DNA of 64,000 bases from Myxococcota bacterium. GTDB taxonomy: Bacteria > Myxococcota_A > UBA796 > UBA2385. The DNA lies in contig JBIJDH010000006.1 in NCBI GenBank assembly GCA_044344255.1, forward strand, positions 1 through 64,000, given 5' to 3'. Position 1 is the first letter of the stretch, and every line of letters begins with the position of its first letter. A model generated the notes under the pieces. It did no database searches, had not been told where the DNA came from, and saw only the letters and a list, made by a program, of their open reading frames with translations. Positions 25,478 through 35,162 of this stretch are shown here, in pieces. The position numbers and the translations under genes are program-made.

Positions 25478-26638
25478 ATGCATCGCCGCCCAACCGCTGT
25501 CCGTCACCTGTCGATCACCCTCTTCGCCGTGGCGGGGGTCGCCTGCGGGGACGGCAAGGAGGCGGACAGCGGCGGGGCGGCGGAGTCGGGCCCCTGGGCC
25601 GACTACGAGATCGCCCCGCCCAGCGCCGAGCTCCGCGCCGTGCTCGACGAGCACCCCTTCATCTACCCCGAGCGGGTCTGTGTCCCCGCGGCCAGCCTCC
25701 CGACGCTGCCCGAGGGCGCGACGGTCGAGACCAACGAGGCCGGCGAGGCGGTGGTCTGTGTGTGGGACCTCTTCAGCGGCGCGGCGCCGGAGGGGGTGAA
25801 GTGGAACGAGGTCACCACCTGTGACGCCGCCTTCACCCAAGGGCCGCCCTGGTTCGCCGCGCCGGAGCGGGTCTATGAGTCCCCAGACGCCGTGAGCGCC
25901 GATCCGGCCTGGGCCGAGGAGGCCGCTTGGGTACAAGGGCAGATCGAGTCGACCGGCTGCGCCTGCTGCCACGCCTCCTCGATCGGCTCGGGGAACACGA
26001 GCGGCTTTGACTTCACGGCCCCTGCCGTCTGGACCGACTCGATGACCAACCCGCAGCTCGCGATGGCGGCGGGCTGGTTCCAGGAGCTCGACCAGTTCGG
26101 CTACGTCGAGCCCTCGGAGAACCACGGCTTCGATCGGCGCTCTACCCTCTTCCCCACCACCGATCCCGCCCGCATGCAGGCCTTCTTCGCCGATGAGTTC
26201 GATCGGCGCGGCGGCACCGACGGCGACAAGGACGACGCAGCGGCGCGCTTCGACGCCCTCTTTGGCAGCCTGTCCACCGAGCCCGCCGCCTGTGTCGAGC
26301 CCTACGAGGGCCTGATCGGCGGCCTCATCACCTGGAACGGCGAAGACACGGCGCGCCAGGTCTATGTGCTCGAGCTCGGCGCCGACACGCCGGCCTTCCC
26401 GCCCAACCTTGACCTCCCGGCGGGCACCCTCTGGGCCCTCTATGTCGACAACGAGGGCGCGCCGATCGAGTCCGGCACCCTGTCGGTGGGCGACCTCCCC
26501 GTGGGCGCCGAGCAGCGCATCCCCGCCGACGGCAGCGCCCCGGCCCTCGTGGTCGGGGAGACCTACCGGCTCGTCACCAAGGTCGACATCATGCTCAGCC
26601 GGCCGATGGACTGCACCTTCACCTGGACGGGCCCCTGA
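25478..26638 (+). CDS. Lipoprotein with one CxxCH motif, hypothetical
   Basis: Lipobox GVAC; CACCH; PPNLDLPAGTLW. Confidence 0.75.
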   Translation: MHRRPTAVRHLSITLFAVAGVACGDGKEADSGGAAESGPWADYEIAPPSAELRAVLDEHPFIYPERVCVPAASLPTLPEGATVETNEAGEAVVCVWDLFSGAAPEGVKWNEVTTCDAAFTQGPPWFAAPERVYESPDAVSADPAWAEEAAWVQGQIESTGCACCHASSIGSGNTSGFDFTAPAVWTDSMTNPQLAMAAGWFQELDQFGYVEPSENHGFDRRSTLFPTTDPARMQAFFADEFDRRGGTDGDKDDAAARFDALFGSLSTEPAACVEPYEGLIGGLITWNGEDTARQVYVLELGADTPAFPPNLDLPAGTLWALYVDNEGAPIESGTLSVGDLPVGAEQRIPADGSAPALVVGETYRLVTKVDIMLSRPMDCTFTWTGP

Positions 26639-26736
26639 GCGCCCCCGCCTGCGAAGCCACGCTCGGCCTCCCCCCTCCTCCCTCCATCCTGCTCTGTCCT
26701 CTCGTTTCGGGGTCTCACGGCCTCGTTGGAGCCCCT

Positions 26737-27270
26737 ATGCCTGTGCGTCCCTTGTTGCTGTCCGCGCTCCTCGCCTCGCTCCCCGCTGCCCTCGTCGGCT
26801 GCGCCAAGTCCGAAGACACCGGCGAGGCGGCCGAGACAGGGGCCGATGGCGGGGATGGCGGCGGCGAGGCCTGTGAGCCCCCCGCCAGCACCACCGCCGA
26901 CGAGCCCGCCTGCCAGGAGGACTACAGCCTCTGCGGCGACATCCTCCCCCCGGCCGACTTCAGCGGGACGCCGCGCTCGCTCGGCCTCGCGCTCTACGCC
27001 TCGATCCCCCCGCAGGGGATGCCGGACGCCATCTTGGGCGACATCCCGCTGCCGGTCCTCGCCCCCTGTGAGCGCTTCCCCATCGTGCTCCAGCCGATGC
27101 TCGAGACCGGGGATTACTACCTCTGGGTCAACGTCTACATGGACGGCGGGGGCTCCTTCATCCCCGTCAACGACATCGACTACACCGGGGCCTCCGCCGC
27201 CCCCCTCGCGCTGACCGGCGCGCCCTTCCTCTTCGAGGACATCGGGCTCACGCTGGCCAGCGGCTGGTAG
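26737..27270 (+). CDS. Lipoprotein, hypothetical
   Basis: GGAG RBS, lipobox LVGC, DTG...GADGGDGG linker. Confidence 0.75.
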   Translation: MPVRPLLLSALLASLPAALVGCAKSEDTGEAAETGADGGDGGGEACEPPASTTADEPACQEDYSLCGDILPPADFSGTPRSLGLALYASIPPQGMPDAILGDIPLPVLAPCERFPIVLQPMLETGDYYLWVNVYMDGGGSFIPVNDIDYTGASAAPLALTGAPFLFEDIGLTLASGW

Positions 27271-27295
27271 GGCGGCGGCCGACCGCGCGGGCCCG

Positions 27296-28699
27296 CTAGC
27301 GGAGCAGCTCGCCGCAGCGGGCGCGGGCGATGTACTCGCCGCCGCCGTGCGTGCTGAGCGTGTCGCGGTCGACGATGACCCGCCCGCGCGAGAGGACGAC
27401 CTCGGACCAGCCCTGGATCTCGTGGCCCTCGTAGGCCGAGTAGTCCACCCGCATGTGGTGGGTGGCGGGGTCATGCACCGAGATGGTGCGCTTCTTGTTG
27501 GGGTCGAAGATCACGATGTCGGCGTCGGAGCCGACGGCGATGGTGCCCTTCTTCGGGAAGAGGCCGAAGGTCTTGGCCGCCGCCGTGCTCGTGAGCTCGA
27601 CGAAGCGGTTGAGGCTGATGCGCCCGCCCACGACGCCGCCGTTGTACATGAGGCTGAGCCGGTTCTCGACGCCCGGCGCGCCGTTCGGGATCTTGGTGAA
27701 GCTCTCGCGGCCGAGCTCCTTCTGGCCGACGAAGCAGAAGGGGCAGTGATCGGTGGCCACGTTGCCGAGGTGGCCGAGCTGCAGGCCCTTCCAGAGCACC
27801 TCCTGGTTCCACTTCTCGCGCAGGGCCGGCGTCATCACCCACTTGGCCCCCTCGAAGTCGGGCCGGTCGTACCAGCTCTGATCGAGGAAGAGGTATTGGG
27901 GGCAGGTCTCGGCCATCACGTCGACCCCGCGGGCGCGGCCGCGCTTGACCTCCTCGAGGGCGTCGGCGCTCGAGAGGTGGACGATGTAGAGCGGCACGTT
28001 GGCCACCTCGGCGATGGAGATGGCGCGGTGGACGCCTTCTCCCTCCATCCGGGTGGGGCGCGTGAGCGCGTGGTACTTGGGCTCGATCTTGCCGTCCGCG
28101 ACCGCCTCGCGGATGATCTCGTCGATCACGATGCCGTTCTCGGCGTGCATGCAGATGCGCGTGCCGTTGAGGCCAGCCTGGCGGAAGGTGCGGTAGAGCG
28201 TGCCGTCATCGACGTAGAGCACGCCCGGGTAGGCCATAAAGAGCTTGTAGGAGGTGACCCCGCGGCGGGCGAGCTCCTCGAGCTCCCCCAGGCGATCGAC
28301 GGCCATGTCGGTCACGATCATGTGGAAGGCGTAGTCGATCGTCGCCTTCTTCGCGGCCTTCCCGTGCCAGATGTCGAGGCCCTCGAGGGTGCTGCGGCCC
28401 TTCTGCTGGATCGCGAAGTCGACGACGGTGGTGGTGCCGCCGAAGGCCGCGGCGACGGTGCCGGTGTCGAAGTCGTCGGCCGAGGTGGTGCCGCCGAAGG
28501 GCATGTCGAGGTGGGTGTGGGCGTCGATGCCGCCGGGGATGACGAGCTTGCCGCGGGCGTCGAAGACCCGCCCGGCGTCGCGCTCGCGGTGGGAGAGATC
28601 GGCGCCGATCTCCCGGATCGTCTCGCCCTCGATCCACACGTCGGCGATGTAGTCGTCCACCGCGGTCACGACTCGACCGCCCTTGATCAGCACAGACAT
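27296..28699 (-). CDS. hydA: Dihydropyrimidinase (D-hydantoinase)
   Basis: PGGIDAHTH, TSYKLFMAY, HAENG, VHLS, TDHCPF, IPNG. Confidence 0.95.
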   Translation of the reverse strand: MSVLIKGGRVVTAVDDYIADVWIEGETIREIGADLSHRERDAGRVFDARGKLVIPGGIDAHTHLDMPFGGTTSADDFDTGTVAAAFGGTTTVVDFAIQQKGRSTLEGLDIWHGKAAKKATIDYAFHMIVTDMAVDRLGELEELARRGVTSYKLFMAYPGVLYVDDGTLYRTFRQAGLNGTRICMHAENGIVIDEIIREAVADGKIEPKYHALTRPTRMEGEGVHRAISIAEVANVPLYIVHLSSADALEEVKRGRARGVDVMAETCPQYLFLDQSWYDRPDFEGAKWVMTPALREKWNQEVLWKGLQLGHLGNVATDHCPFCFVGQKELGRESFTKIPNGAPGVENRLSLMYNGGVVGGRISLNRFVELTSTAAAKTFGLFPKKGTIAVGSDADIVIFDPNKKRTISVHDPATHHMRVDYSAYEGHEIQGWSEVVLSRGRVIVDRDTLSTHGGGEYIARARCGELLR

Positions 28700-28760
28700 C
28701 CGGGTGCTCCTGTTGGTGCCCCGGAGCCTACCAGAAAGTGGGCTCCCGCCAGGGCGGCGC

Positions 28761-29567
28761 TCAGGCCCGCCCGAGGGCGAGCAGCGTGATGGCGATGAGG
28801 GCCGAGACCATCCGCCAGCCGGCGAAGAGGGCCATGCCGTGCTTCTGCAGCCAGCCCACCATCCAGCGCACCGCCAGCACCGCGGAGCCCCACGCCACGA
28901 CGAAGCCGAGCAGCGGCATCGCGACGCCGTACGCGGCCACCACCTCGGCCCCGTGCTTGAGCCCCGAGTAGCCGGTGGCGGCGGAGAGGGTGACGAGGCC
29001 GAGCAGGAAGCTGAACTCGACGGCGGCGGGCAGAGAGAGGCCCATCAGCGAGCCGGCGAGGATGGTGACGAGGCTGCGGCTCGTGCCGGGCCACATCGCG
29101 AGGCACTGGGCGAGGCCGATGATAGCGGCGCTGCGCATCGTGAGCGCCTCGAGGGGCCGGCCCTCGATCGGCGGCTTGAGGCCGAGGATGGCCGCGCCGC
29201 CCGCGATCCAGGCGATGGCGACCGGGGCGAGGCCGAAGAGGTGCTGCTCGATCAGGTCGTCGAGCAGGAAGCCGATGATCGCCGCCGGGAAGAACGCCAC
29301 GACGAGGTTCTGGGTGAGCTGGCGGCCGTCAGGGTCTCTGCCGAAGAGGCCCATCACGCCTTGCTTGACGCGGTGGTGGTAGAGGACGAGCACGGCGAGG
29401 ATGGCCCCCGCCTGGATGCAGATCGCATACGCGTTCGCCTCCTCGCTGGAGGGCATGCCCAGCAGGCGCTCGGCCAGCAAGAGGTGACCGGTGGAGCTCA
29501 CCGGTAGGTACTCCGTCAGCCCCTCGACGAGGCCCAAGACCACGGCCTGCCACCACTCCACGGGCAC
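28761..29567 (-). CDS. uppP: Undecaprenyl-diphosphate phosphatase
   Basis: GLVEGLTEYLPVSSTGHL; PGTSRS; EFSFLL. Confidence 0.95.
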   Translation of the reverse strand: MPVEWWQAVVLGLVEGLTEYLPVSSTGHLLLAERLLGMPSSEEANAYAICIQAGAILAVLVLYHHRVKQGVMGLFGRDPDGRQLTQNLVVAFFPAAIIGFLLDDLIEQHLFGLAPVAIAWIAGGAAILGLKPPIEGRPLEALTMRSAAIIGLAQCLAMWPGTSRSLVTILAGSLMGLSLPAAVEFSFLLGLVTLSAATGYSGLKHGAEVVAAYGVAMPLLGFVVAWGSAVLAVRWMVGWLQKHGMALFAGWRMVSALIAITLLALGRA

Positions 29568-29729
29568 CTCCAGTCGGCCTGACTATTCGACCCCCGCCCG
29601 CCTGTCTCCCGACGGGGGAGCGGGGGCGTCGGGCGCGATGTGACAGGATTTCGACAGCAAGGGGGCGCGGGCGGTTGACCCCTAGCCGCTTGCCGGCTAG
29701 CATCCGCCCCCTTTCAGCGAGCGTGGGCG

Positions 29730-30563
29730 ATGCCCTCCCCAGAACTCCTCCCCGGCACCCGCGGCCACATCATCCCCATCGGCGGCGCCGAGGACAAGGT
29801 GAGCGGTCGGGTCATCCTCAAGCGCTTCCTCGACCTCTGCGGCAACAAGGAGGCGCGGATCGCCGTGATCCCCACGGCCTCCCAGATGGCGGACACGGGG
29901 AGCCGCTACAAGGAGATCTTCAAGAACCTTGGCGCCCGCAAGGTCGACGTGCTGCCCTTCGCCGTGCGGGCCGACGCCGAGCGAGAGGACTGGCTGGAGG
30001 CCCTCGGGGAGGCCGACGGCATCTTCATGACCGGCGGCAGCCAGCTCCGGCTGTCGACCATCCTCGGCGGCACCTCCGTGGCCTCGACGATCCGCCGCCG
30101 CAACGCCCGCGGCGTGCCGGTGGCGGGCACCTCGGCCGGCGCCGCCTTCGTCTCTGAGCACATGATCGCCTACGGCAAGGAGGGCGCCACGCCCATCGCC
30201 GGGCAGGTCACGCTGGCGCCGGGCCTCGGCCTCTCGAACCGCATCATCGTCGACCAGCACTTCCGCGAGCGCGACCGCATCGGCCGGCTGATGACCGCCC
30301 TCGCGTACAATCCCTTTGCCGTGGGGGTGGGCCTCGATGAGGACACCGCCGCCTTCATCAACCGCGAGAACAAGCTCGAGGTGGTGGGCAGCGGCGCGAT
30401 CACGATCGTCGATGTCTCGGCCCTCGAGTATTCGAGCATGGCGCAGGTCGAGGAGGGCAAGCCCGTCACCCTGATCGGGGTGCGCCTGCACGTGCTGGCG
30501 CACGGATCGACCTACGACATGGAGGCGCGGCGGGCGACCCCCGGGGCCTTGGCGGGGGACTGA
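29730..30563 (+). CDS. cphB: Cyanophycinase
   Basis: IGGAEDK, IPTAS, TGGSQLRL, GTSAGA, DQHF, GLDEDT. Confidence 0.93.
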   Translation: MPSPELLPGTRGHIIPIGGAEDKVSGRVILKRFLDLCGNKEARIAVIPTASQMADTGSRYKEIFKNLGARKVDVLPFAVRADAEREDWLEALGEADGIFMTGGSQLRLSTILGGTSVASTIRRRNARGVPVAGTSAGAAFVSEHMIAYGKEGATPIAGQVTLAPGLGLSNRIIVDQHFRERDRIGRLMTALAYNPFAVGVGLDEDTAAFINRENKLEVVGSGAITIVDVSALEYSSMAQVEEGKPVTLIGVRLHVLAHGSTYDMEARRATPGALAGD

Positions 30564-31219
30564 TGGACCCCCTCCACGAGCGCTTCCGCGCCGCCGCCGC
30601 CCTCGGCGGGATGAGCATCGATCTGCCCGTCTACGCCGAGGCGGGGCGCGATCCGCTCGAGCCCGTGCTGCTGGGCTCGGGCTCGCTCGCCGCGCCCTTG
30701 GGCTTCTTCGGCCGCGACCCCGGTCGACACGAGATCCTGCTCGGCGAGCCCTTCATCGGCGCCGGCGGGCAGCTCGTGCGGCGGGCGCTCTACGAGGCCC
30801 GCTTCGGTCAGCCCTGCCCCGATCTCGCGGCCAGCGTGCGGGCGGGTCAGACGGTGTTCTGGGCCAACACCGTGCCCTACAAGCCGGTGGGCAACAAGGC
30901 CTGGTCCACGGCGATCAAGCGGCGCTTCGCTCCGGTGGTGCGCGACGTGCTGGTCGAGCACTGGCGCGGAGGGGACCTCCTCACCCTCGGCAATGACGCG
31001 CTCGGCTGGTTCGGCCTCGCCGAGCCCTCGCTGCGGCCGACGGTCGAGGCCTTCCTGGCGCGGGCCGATCGATACACGACCTCGCTGGAGGTGGTGCTCG
31101 GCGGGCGGACGATCCGCCTGCACCCGCTGCCCCACCCGTCGCCGCTCAACGCCACCTGGTACAAGCGCTTCCCCGAGCTCCTCCGGGCCCGCCTCGAGCA
31201 GCTCGGCTGGCGAGGCTGA
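30563..31219 (+). CDS. Uracil-DNA glycosylase superfamily protein
   Basis: GRDPG..E...GEPFIGAGG, NTVPYKP, TLG, HPSPLN; TGATG overlap with cphB. Confidence 0.85.
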   Translation: MDPLHERFRAAAALGGMSIDLPVYAEAGRDPLEPVLLGSGSLAAPLGFFGRDPGRHEILLGEPFIGAGGQLVRRALYEARFGQPCPDLAASVRAGQTVFWANTVPYKPVGNKAWSTAIKRRFAPVVRDVLVEHWRGGDLLTLGNDALGWFGLAEPSLRPTVEAFLARADRYTTSLEVVLGGRTIRLHPLPHPSPLNATWYKRFPELLRARLEQLGWRG

Positions 31220-31231
31220 GCTCCATCGGGG

Positions 31232-32944
31232 CTACGCGCTGGCCCGCTCTGCGATGTAGCCGCCGAGCCAGAGGGCATCGAGGCGCCCCTGCTGGAAGGC
31301 CCGCACCGCGTCGCTCGGCGTGTGGACGATGGGCTCCTCGTGCAGGTTGAAGGAGGTGTTGATGAGCACCGGCGCGCCCGTGAGCTCGCCCACCCGCGTG
31401 AGCAGCGCGTGGAGGGTGGGGTCGTCCTGGCGGCGCACCACCTGGGGACGGGCGGTGCCGTCGACGTGCACGGCCGCGGGGGCGACCCTGCGGAGCTCGG
31501 CGGAGGCCTCGAAGCAGACCGTCATGAAGCGCGCGGCCTCGGGGGCCTTGTCCAGCCCAGAGAAGTAGCCGCTGGCTTCCTCCTCACGGACCATCGGAGC
31601 GAAGGGCATGAACTCGCTCCGTCGGAGGCGCTCGTTCAGCCACTGGTTGATCGTGGGGTCGTTCGGGCGGGCGAAGATGCTGCGGTTGCCGAGGGCGCGG
31701 GGCCCCCACTCGAGCCGGCCGTCGCAGCGCGCCACCACACGACCGGCGGCGAGGAGCTCGGCCGCGCGGGCCACGTCGCCCGCGAGGCCGCCGACGGGCC
31801 CGCGCTCGCGGAGGTTGTCCTGGGGCAGGTCGGCGCGCTTGAGGGCCTTGTAGCAGTCCCGATCGCTGGCCTCGGGGCCGAGGGCGGCGGTGACGAGGCG
31901 GTGCGGCGCGGTGCCCGCGGAGTCCATGGCCGCGCCGACCGCGAGCCCGCCGTCGCCCATGTGGGGGAAGACCCAGAGGGAGTCGACCTCGTCGGCTTGG
32001 GCGATGCGCTGGTTGAGCTTCACGTTGGCGAAGACCCCACCGGCGACGGCCACGTCGGCGCAGCCCGTCTTTTGCACCCAGAAACGAACGAAGGCGAGGA
32101 CGGCCTCCTCGAGGACGGCTTGGGCGGCGGAGGCGACCTCCTCGCGCGACCAGCGCTCCAGCTCGGCCCAGTAGGGGTCGTCCTTCCGCTCGGTGTGCAG
32201 CACGGCGCCGCGTAAGAAGCGCCCCTCCGAGAAGCGGACCCGGGTCTTCAGGTGATCGACGAGGCGGGGAGGCGGCGGCACGAAGGCGGCGAGGCCGGTG
32301 ACCTTGCCCTCGTGGCGGTTGGGCGTGAAGCCGAGCCGCTCGGTGACCCGGCTGTAGAAGTTGTTGACGCTGGCGAGCCCGGATTGACGGGCGATGTGGT
32401 CGAGCTGGCCGTTGGTGCCGAGGGAGACGGTGGCGGTGGTGCCGTCGCCCATCGCGTCCACGGTGAGCACGAGGCAGCGCTCGCGGGGCTGGCTGCGGTA
32501 GGCGCCGTGGGCGTGGCTGCGGTGGTGGTCGAGGAGCTGGAGGGCGGCGGCGCCGAAGGGGCGGTCCTTGAGGCGGTGGCGCAGGATCGCCTTGCAGGCG
32601 TCGACCTCGACCGTGTGGAGCCCCGTGCCCTTGAGCAGGCTCTGGTAGACCACATAGGCGTGGAGGAGCGGGGAGAACTGCCCCCCGGCGCGGGCGTCTT
32701 GATGGAGGGTGGGCAGGGCGCGCAGCGCCAACGAGGGCGTGAAGGCGGTGCCGAAGGCGATACGATCGACCTCCCGCTCGCTGACGCCCGCGGTCGCGAG
32801 CGCGGCGTCGATGGCGCCCCAAGGGAAGGCCCCCGAGCTCTTGACCCGGTCGACCCGCTCCTGGTTGACCGCGGAGACGAGGACACCGTCGATGGTGACC
32901 GCCGCGCCGCTGTCGTGGTTGTCGGCGACGCCGAGGACGATCAT
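31232..32944 (-). CDS. O-carbamoyltransferase (NodU/CmcH/TobZ family)
   Basis: HDS, HHRSHA, EGKVTGLA, GGVFANVKLN, GPRALGNRSI, VHVDGTARPQ, NTSFN. Confidence 0.93.
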   Translation of the reverse strand: MIVLGVADNHDSGAAVTIDGVLVSAVNQERVDRVKSSGAFPWGAIDAALATAGVSEREVDRIAFGTAFTPSLALRALPTLHQDARAGGQFSPLLHAYVVYQSLLKGTGLHTVEVDACKAILRHRLKDRPFGAAALQLLDHHRSHAHGAYRSQPRERCLVLTVDAMGDGTTATVSLGTNGQLDHIARQSGLASVNNFYSRVTERLGFTPNRHEGKVTGLAAFVPPPPRLVDHLKTRVRFSEGRFLRGAVLHTERKDDPYWAELERWSREEVASAAQAVLEEAVLAFVRFWVQKTGCADVAVAGGVFANVKLNQRIAQADEVDSLWVFPHMGDGGLAVGAAMDSAGTAPHRLVTAALGPEASDRDCYKALKRADLPQDNLRERGPVGGLAGDVARAAELLAAGRVVARCDGRLEWGPRALGNRSIFARPNDPTINQWLNERLRRSEFMPFAPMVREEEASGYFSGLDKAPEAARFMTVCFEASAELRRVAPAAVHVDGTARPQVVRRQDDPTLHALLTRVGELTGAPVLINTSFNLHEEPIVHTPSDAVRAFQQGRLDALWLGGYIAERASA

Positions 32945-33516
32945 GGGGAGGCCGGCACGGGGGCCGCGGCGGGGGCAGCAGCGGGGACCGCGGCGGGGTC
33001 AGCGGGGGGCGCCTTCGGGTCGGGGGCGCAGACCGACTCCACCTTGAAGTAGGTGCTGGCCGGGGCGCCCTTGCCGTCCCAGGTGGCCTGGACCGTGCAG
33101 AGCCGCCGCCCGTCGCCGAAGCGGAAGGTGGTGCCGCCCTCGCTGTCCACCGCCGCCGCCTTGTCTTCGGTCCAGCTCGCGAAGGGGGCGCGCAGGTGGC
33201 CGACGACGTCGGTGCCGAGCTCGCTGCGGGGCCCGTCGATGGCGTAGCCGCAGCTGTCCTTGCCCGAGGGCTGGTACTCGCGGATGAGGGCCCCGGGGAA
33301 GACGCTCTCGAGCCCCTGCTTGGCGAGATCACAGCCGACCATGTCGCGGACGACGGGCTTTGGCGGGTTGTTCTTGGCGTCCATGGCCTTTTGGATCTTT
33401 ACCAGCTCCTCCGCGGACGGCATGAACATCTCGGGCGTGGTGCAGCCGAGACCGAGCAGGAGGGGGAGGAGCGGCGCGGAGCGGCGGAGGACGGCGGGCC
33501 GGGGCGGGATGAGCAT
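32941..33516 (-). CDS. Lipoprotein, hypothetical
   Basis: GGGAG RBS + ATG 33516; lipobox GLGC; Pro/Ala tail; ATGA overlap with the carbamoyltransferase. Confidence 0.7.
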   Translation of the reverse strand: MLIPPRPAVLRRSAPLLPLLLGLGCTTPEMFMPSAEELVKIQKAMDAKNNPPKPVVRDMVGCDLAKQGLESVFPGALIREYQPSGKDSCGYAIDGPRSELGTDVVGHLRAPFASWTEDKAAAVDSEGGTTFRFGDGRRLCTVQATWDGKGAPASTYFKVESVCAPDPKAPPADPAAVPAAAPAAAPVPASP

Positions 33517-33593
33517 CAGGGCTCCCTCTGGGGCGACGAGCGGTGGTGCGCGTGGGGAGGATCCCAGAGCCACGGTCGCAGGCGTCGGTTCCC

Positions 33594-35162
33594 CTAATTC
33601 TTTCCAGCCGGCCGGCCGAGGCGGCGCCGCAGTCCGGCGCGGACCCGACCGAGCACCGCCTCGTCCTCGGGGCTGCGGGCGGCGGTGAAGGCCACGATCA
33701 GGAAGACCAGGATCACGACGGCCGTGCCGCCGATGCGCAGCAAGGGGTGCTCTGGCCCGACGCCCCAGCGTACGAGGGCCCACCCGGTGGCCGCCAGCGC
33801 GAGCAGGCCGCCCGCCCGTCGATCGAAGGGGAAACAGCCCAGCAGCCACCACACCTCGACCACGCGCCAGCTCGACCAGAGGGTGAGGCTGGTGGCGGTG
33901 GCGAGGCTGGCGCCCCACGCCCCCCAGCGGGGGATGAAGAACCAGCACAGCAGCGCGCTCAGCGCGAGCGCGGCGAGGGCGTTGCCGAGGTTGAGCAGGG
34001 ACCGACCGGACATCGGGATGAGGCGCATCGCCGGCGCGCAGATCGTGTTCACGATCTGGCCAGCGGTGAGCAGCACTAGCGAGCTCGCGCTCACGGCGTA
34101 CGCCTCGTCGTAGATGCTGAGCACGACGTCGGGGACCAGCAGCAGCACGAGGTAGACGGGCACCGAGGCGACGATCAGCCAGCGGGTGGCGGTCTGGAGC
34201 AGCGCGTTCAAGCGCGCGGTCTCACCGGCGTAGACGAGCTCGGCGATGAAGGGGTTGAGCATCCCGGCGATGGCGTTGGCGGGCACCGCTCCGAAGGAGG
34301 CAAGGGAGGCGGCGACGCCGTAGAGGCCCACCTGCTCCATCGAAGCCAGCGCGGTGAGCATCAGCACGTCGAGCTGCATCGTGCCCTGGAAGGCGGCGGC
34401 GGTGAGGCTCTGCGGGATGGAGAAGCGAAGGATCTCGGCGGTCTCGCGCCGAGCGACGATCGCAGGGTCGCGGAGGATCGATCCGTAGGCTTGCCAGGCG
34501 AAGCGGAGGCACTGCGCCATCGCCAGCGCCGTGGCGACGCTGGCGCCGAGGATCGCGCCCTGTACGCCGAGATCGAGCAACCCCACGAGGAGGAAGGTGG
34601 CCGCCAGCATCAGCAGGGGCAGCGTCACCTGGAAGGCCAGGGTCGAGCGGCGCATGTCCTTGAGCGCCTTGAGCGTGCCCACCCCGTAGAGCAGGATCGT
34701 CCAGGGCAGGATCATCGGCGCCGACAAGCGGAAGGCGTCGTCCATCTCGGCGTCGGCGGCCCACCAGGGCCCGAAGCGGGCGGCGCTCCAGAGCGCGCCG
34801 GCCGAGACGGCGCCGAGCACGACGCTGACGACGAGGCCCACCTGTAGCGCGCCCTTGAGGCGGTCGAGCTCGCCCGAGCGCTTGTATCGGGCCGCGAAGT
34901 AGATGATCCCCGTGTCGGTGCCGAGGGGGGAGAAGGAGGTGATGAGCTGGCCCCACCCCATCGCCGCCGAGTAGACGCCGAGGCCCACCGGGCCGAGGGC
35001 CCCCGACAGGTACCACTTGATCGCCCAGCGGACCCCGCGGTCGAAGAGCCCGCCGAGCATCATCAGGCCCGATCCGCCCGCGACCTTCGTGGCGTCGTCG
35101 TTGCGGATCGCGGCTTCGACGCCGGGGGGGGCCGTCGGGGCCGGTGGCGGCGCCTCGCTCAG
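33594..35162 (-). CDS. Oligosaccharide flippase (Wzx/MOP superfamily); start either CTG 35162 or ATG 35063
   Basis: 12-14 TM segments; [39 protein letters not shown]. Confidence 0.88.
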   Translation of the reverse strand: MSEAPPPAPTAPPGVEAAIRNDDATKVAGGSGLMMLGGLFDRGVRWAIKWYLSGALGPVGLGVYSAAMGWGQLITSFSPLGTDTGIIYFAARYKRSGELDRLKGALQVGLVVSVVLGAVSAGALWSAARFGPWWAADAEMDDAFRLSAPMILPWTILLYGVGTLKALKDMRRSTLAFQVTLPLLMLAATFLLVGLLDLGVQGAILGASVATALAMAQCLRFAWQAYGSILRDPAIVARRETAEILRFSIPQSLTAAAFQGTMQLDVLMLTALASMEQVGLYGVAASLASFGAVPANAIAGMLNPFIAELVYAGETARLNALLQTATRWLIVASVPVYLVLLLVPDVVLSIYDEAYAVSASSLVLLTAGQIVNTICAPAMRLIPMSGRSLLNLGNALAALALSALLCWFFIPRWGAWGASLATATSLTLWSSWRVVEVWWLLGCFPFDRRAGGLLALAATGWALVRWGVGPEHPLLRIGGTAVVILVFLIVAFTAARSPEDEAVLGRVRAGLRRRLGRPAGKN

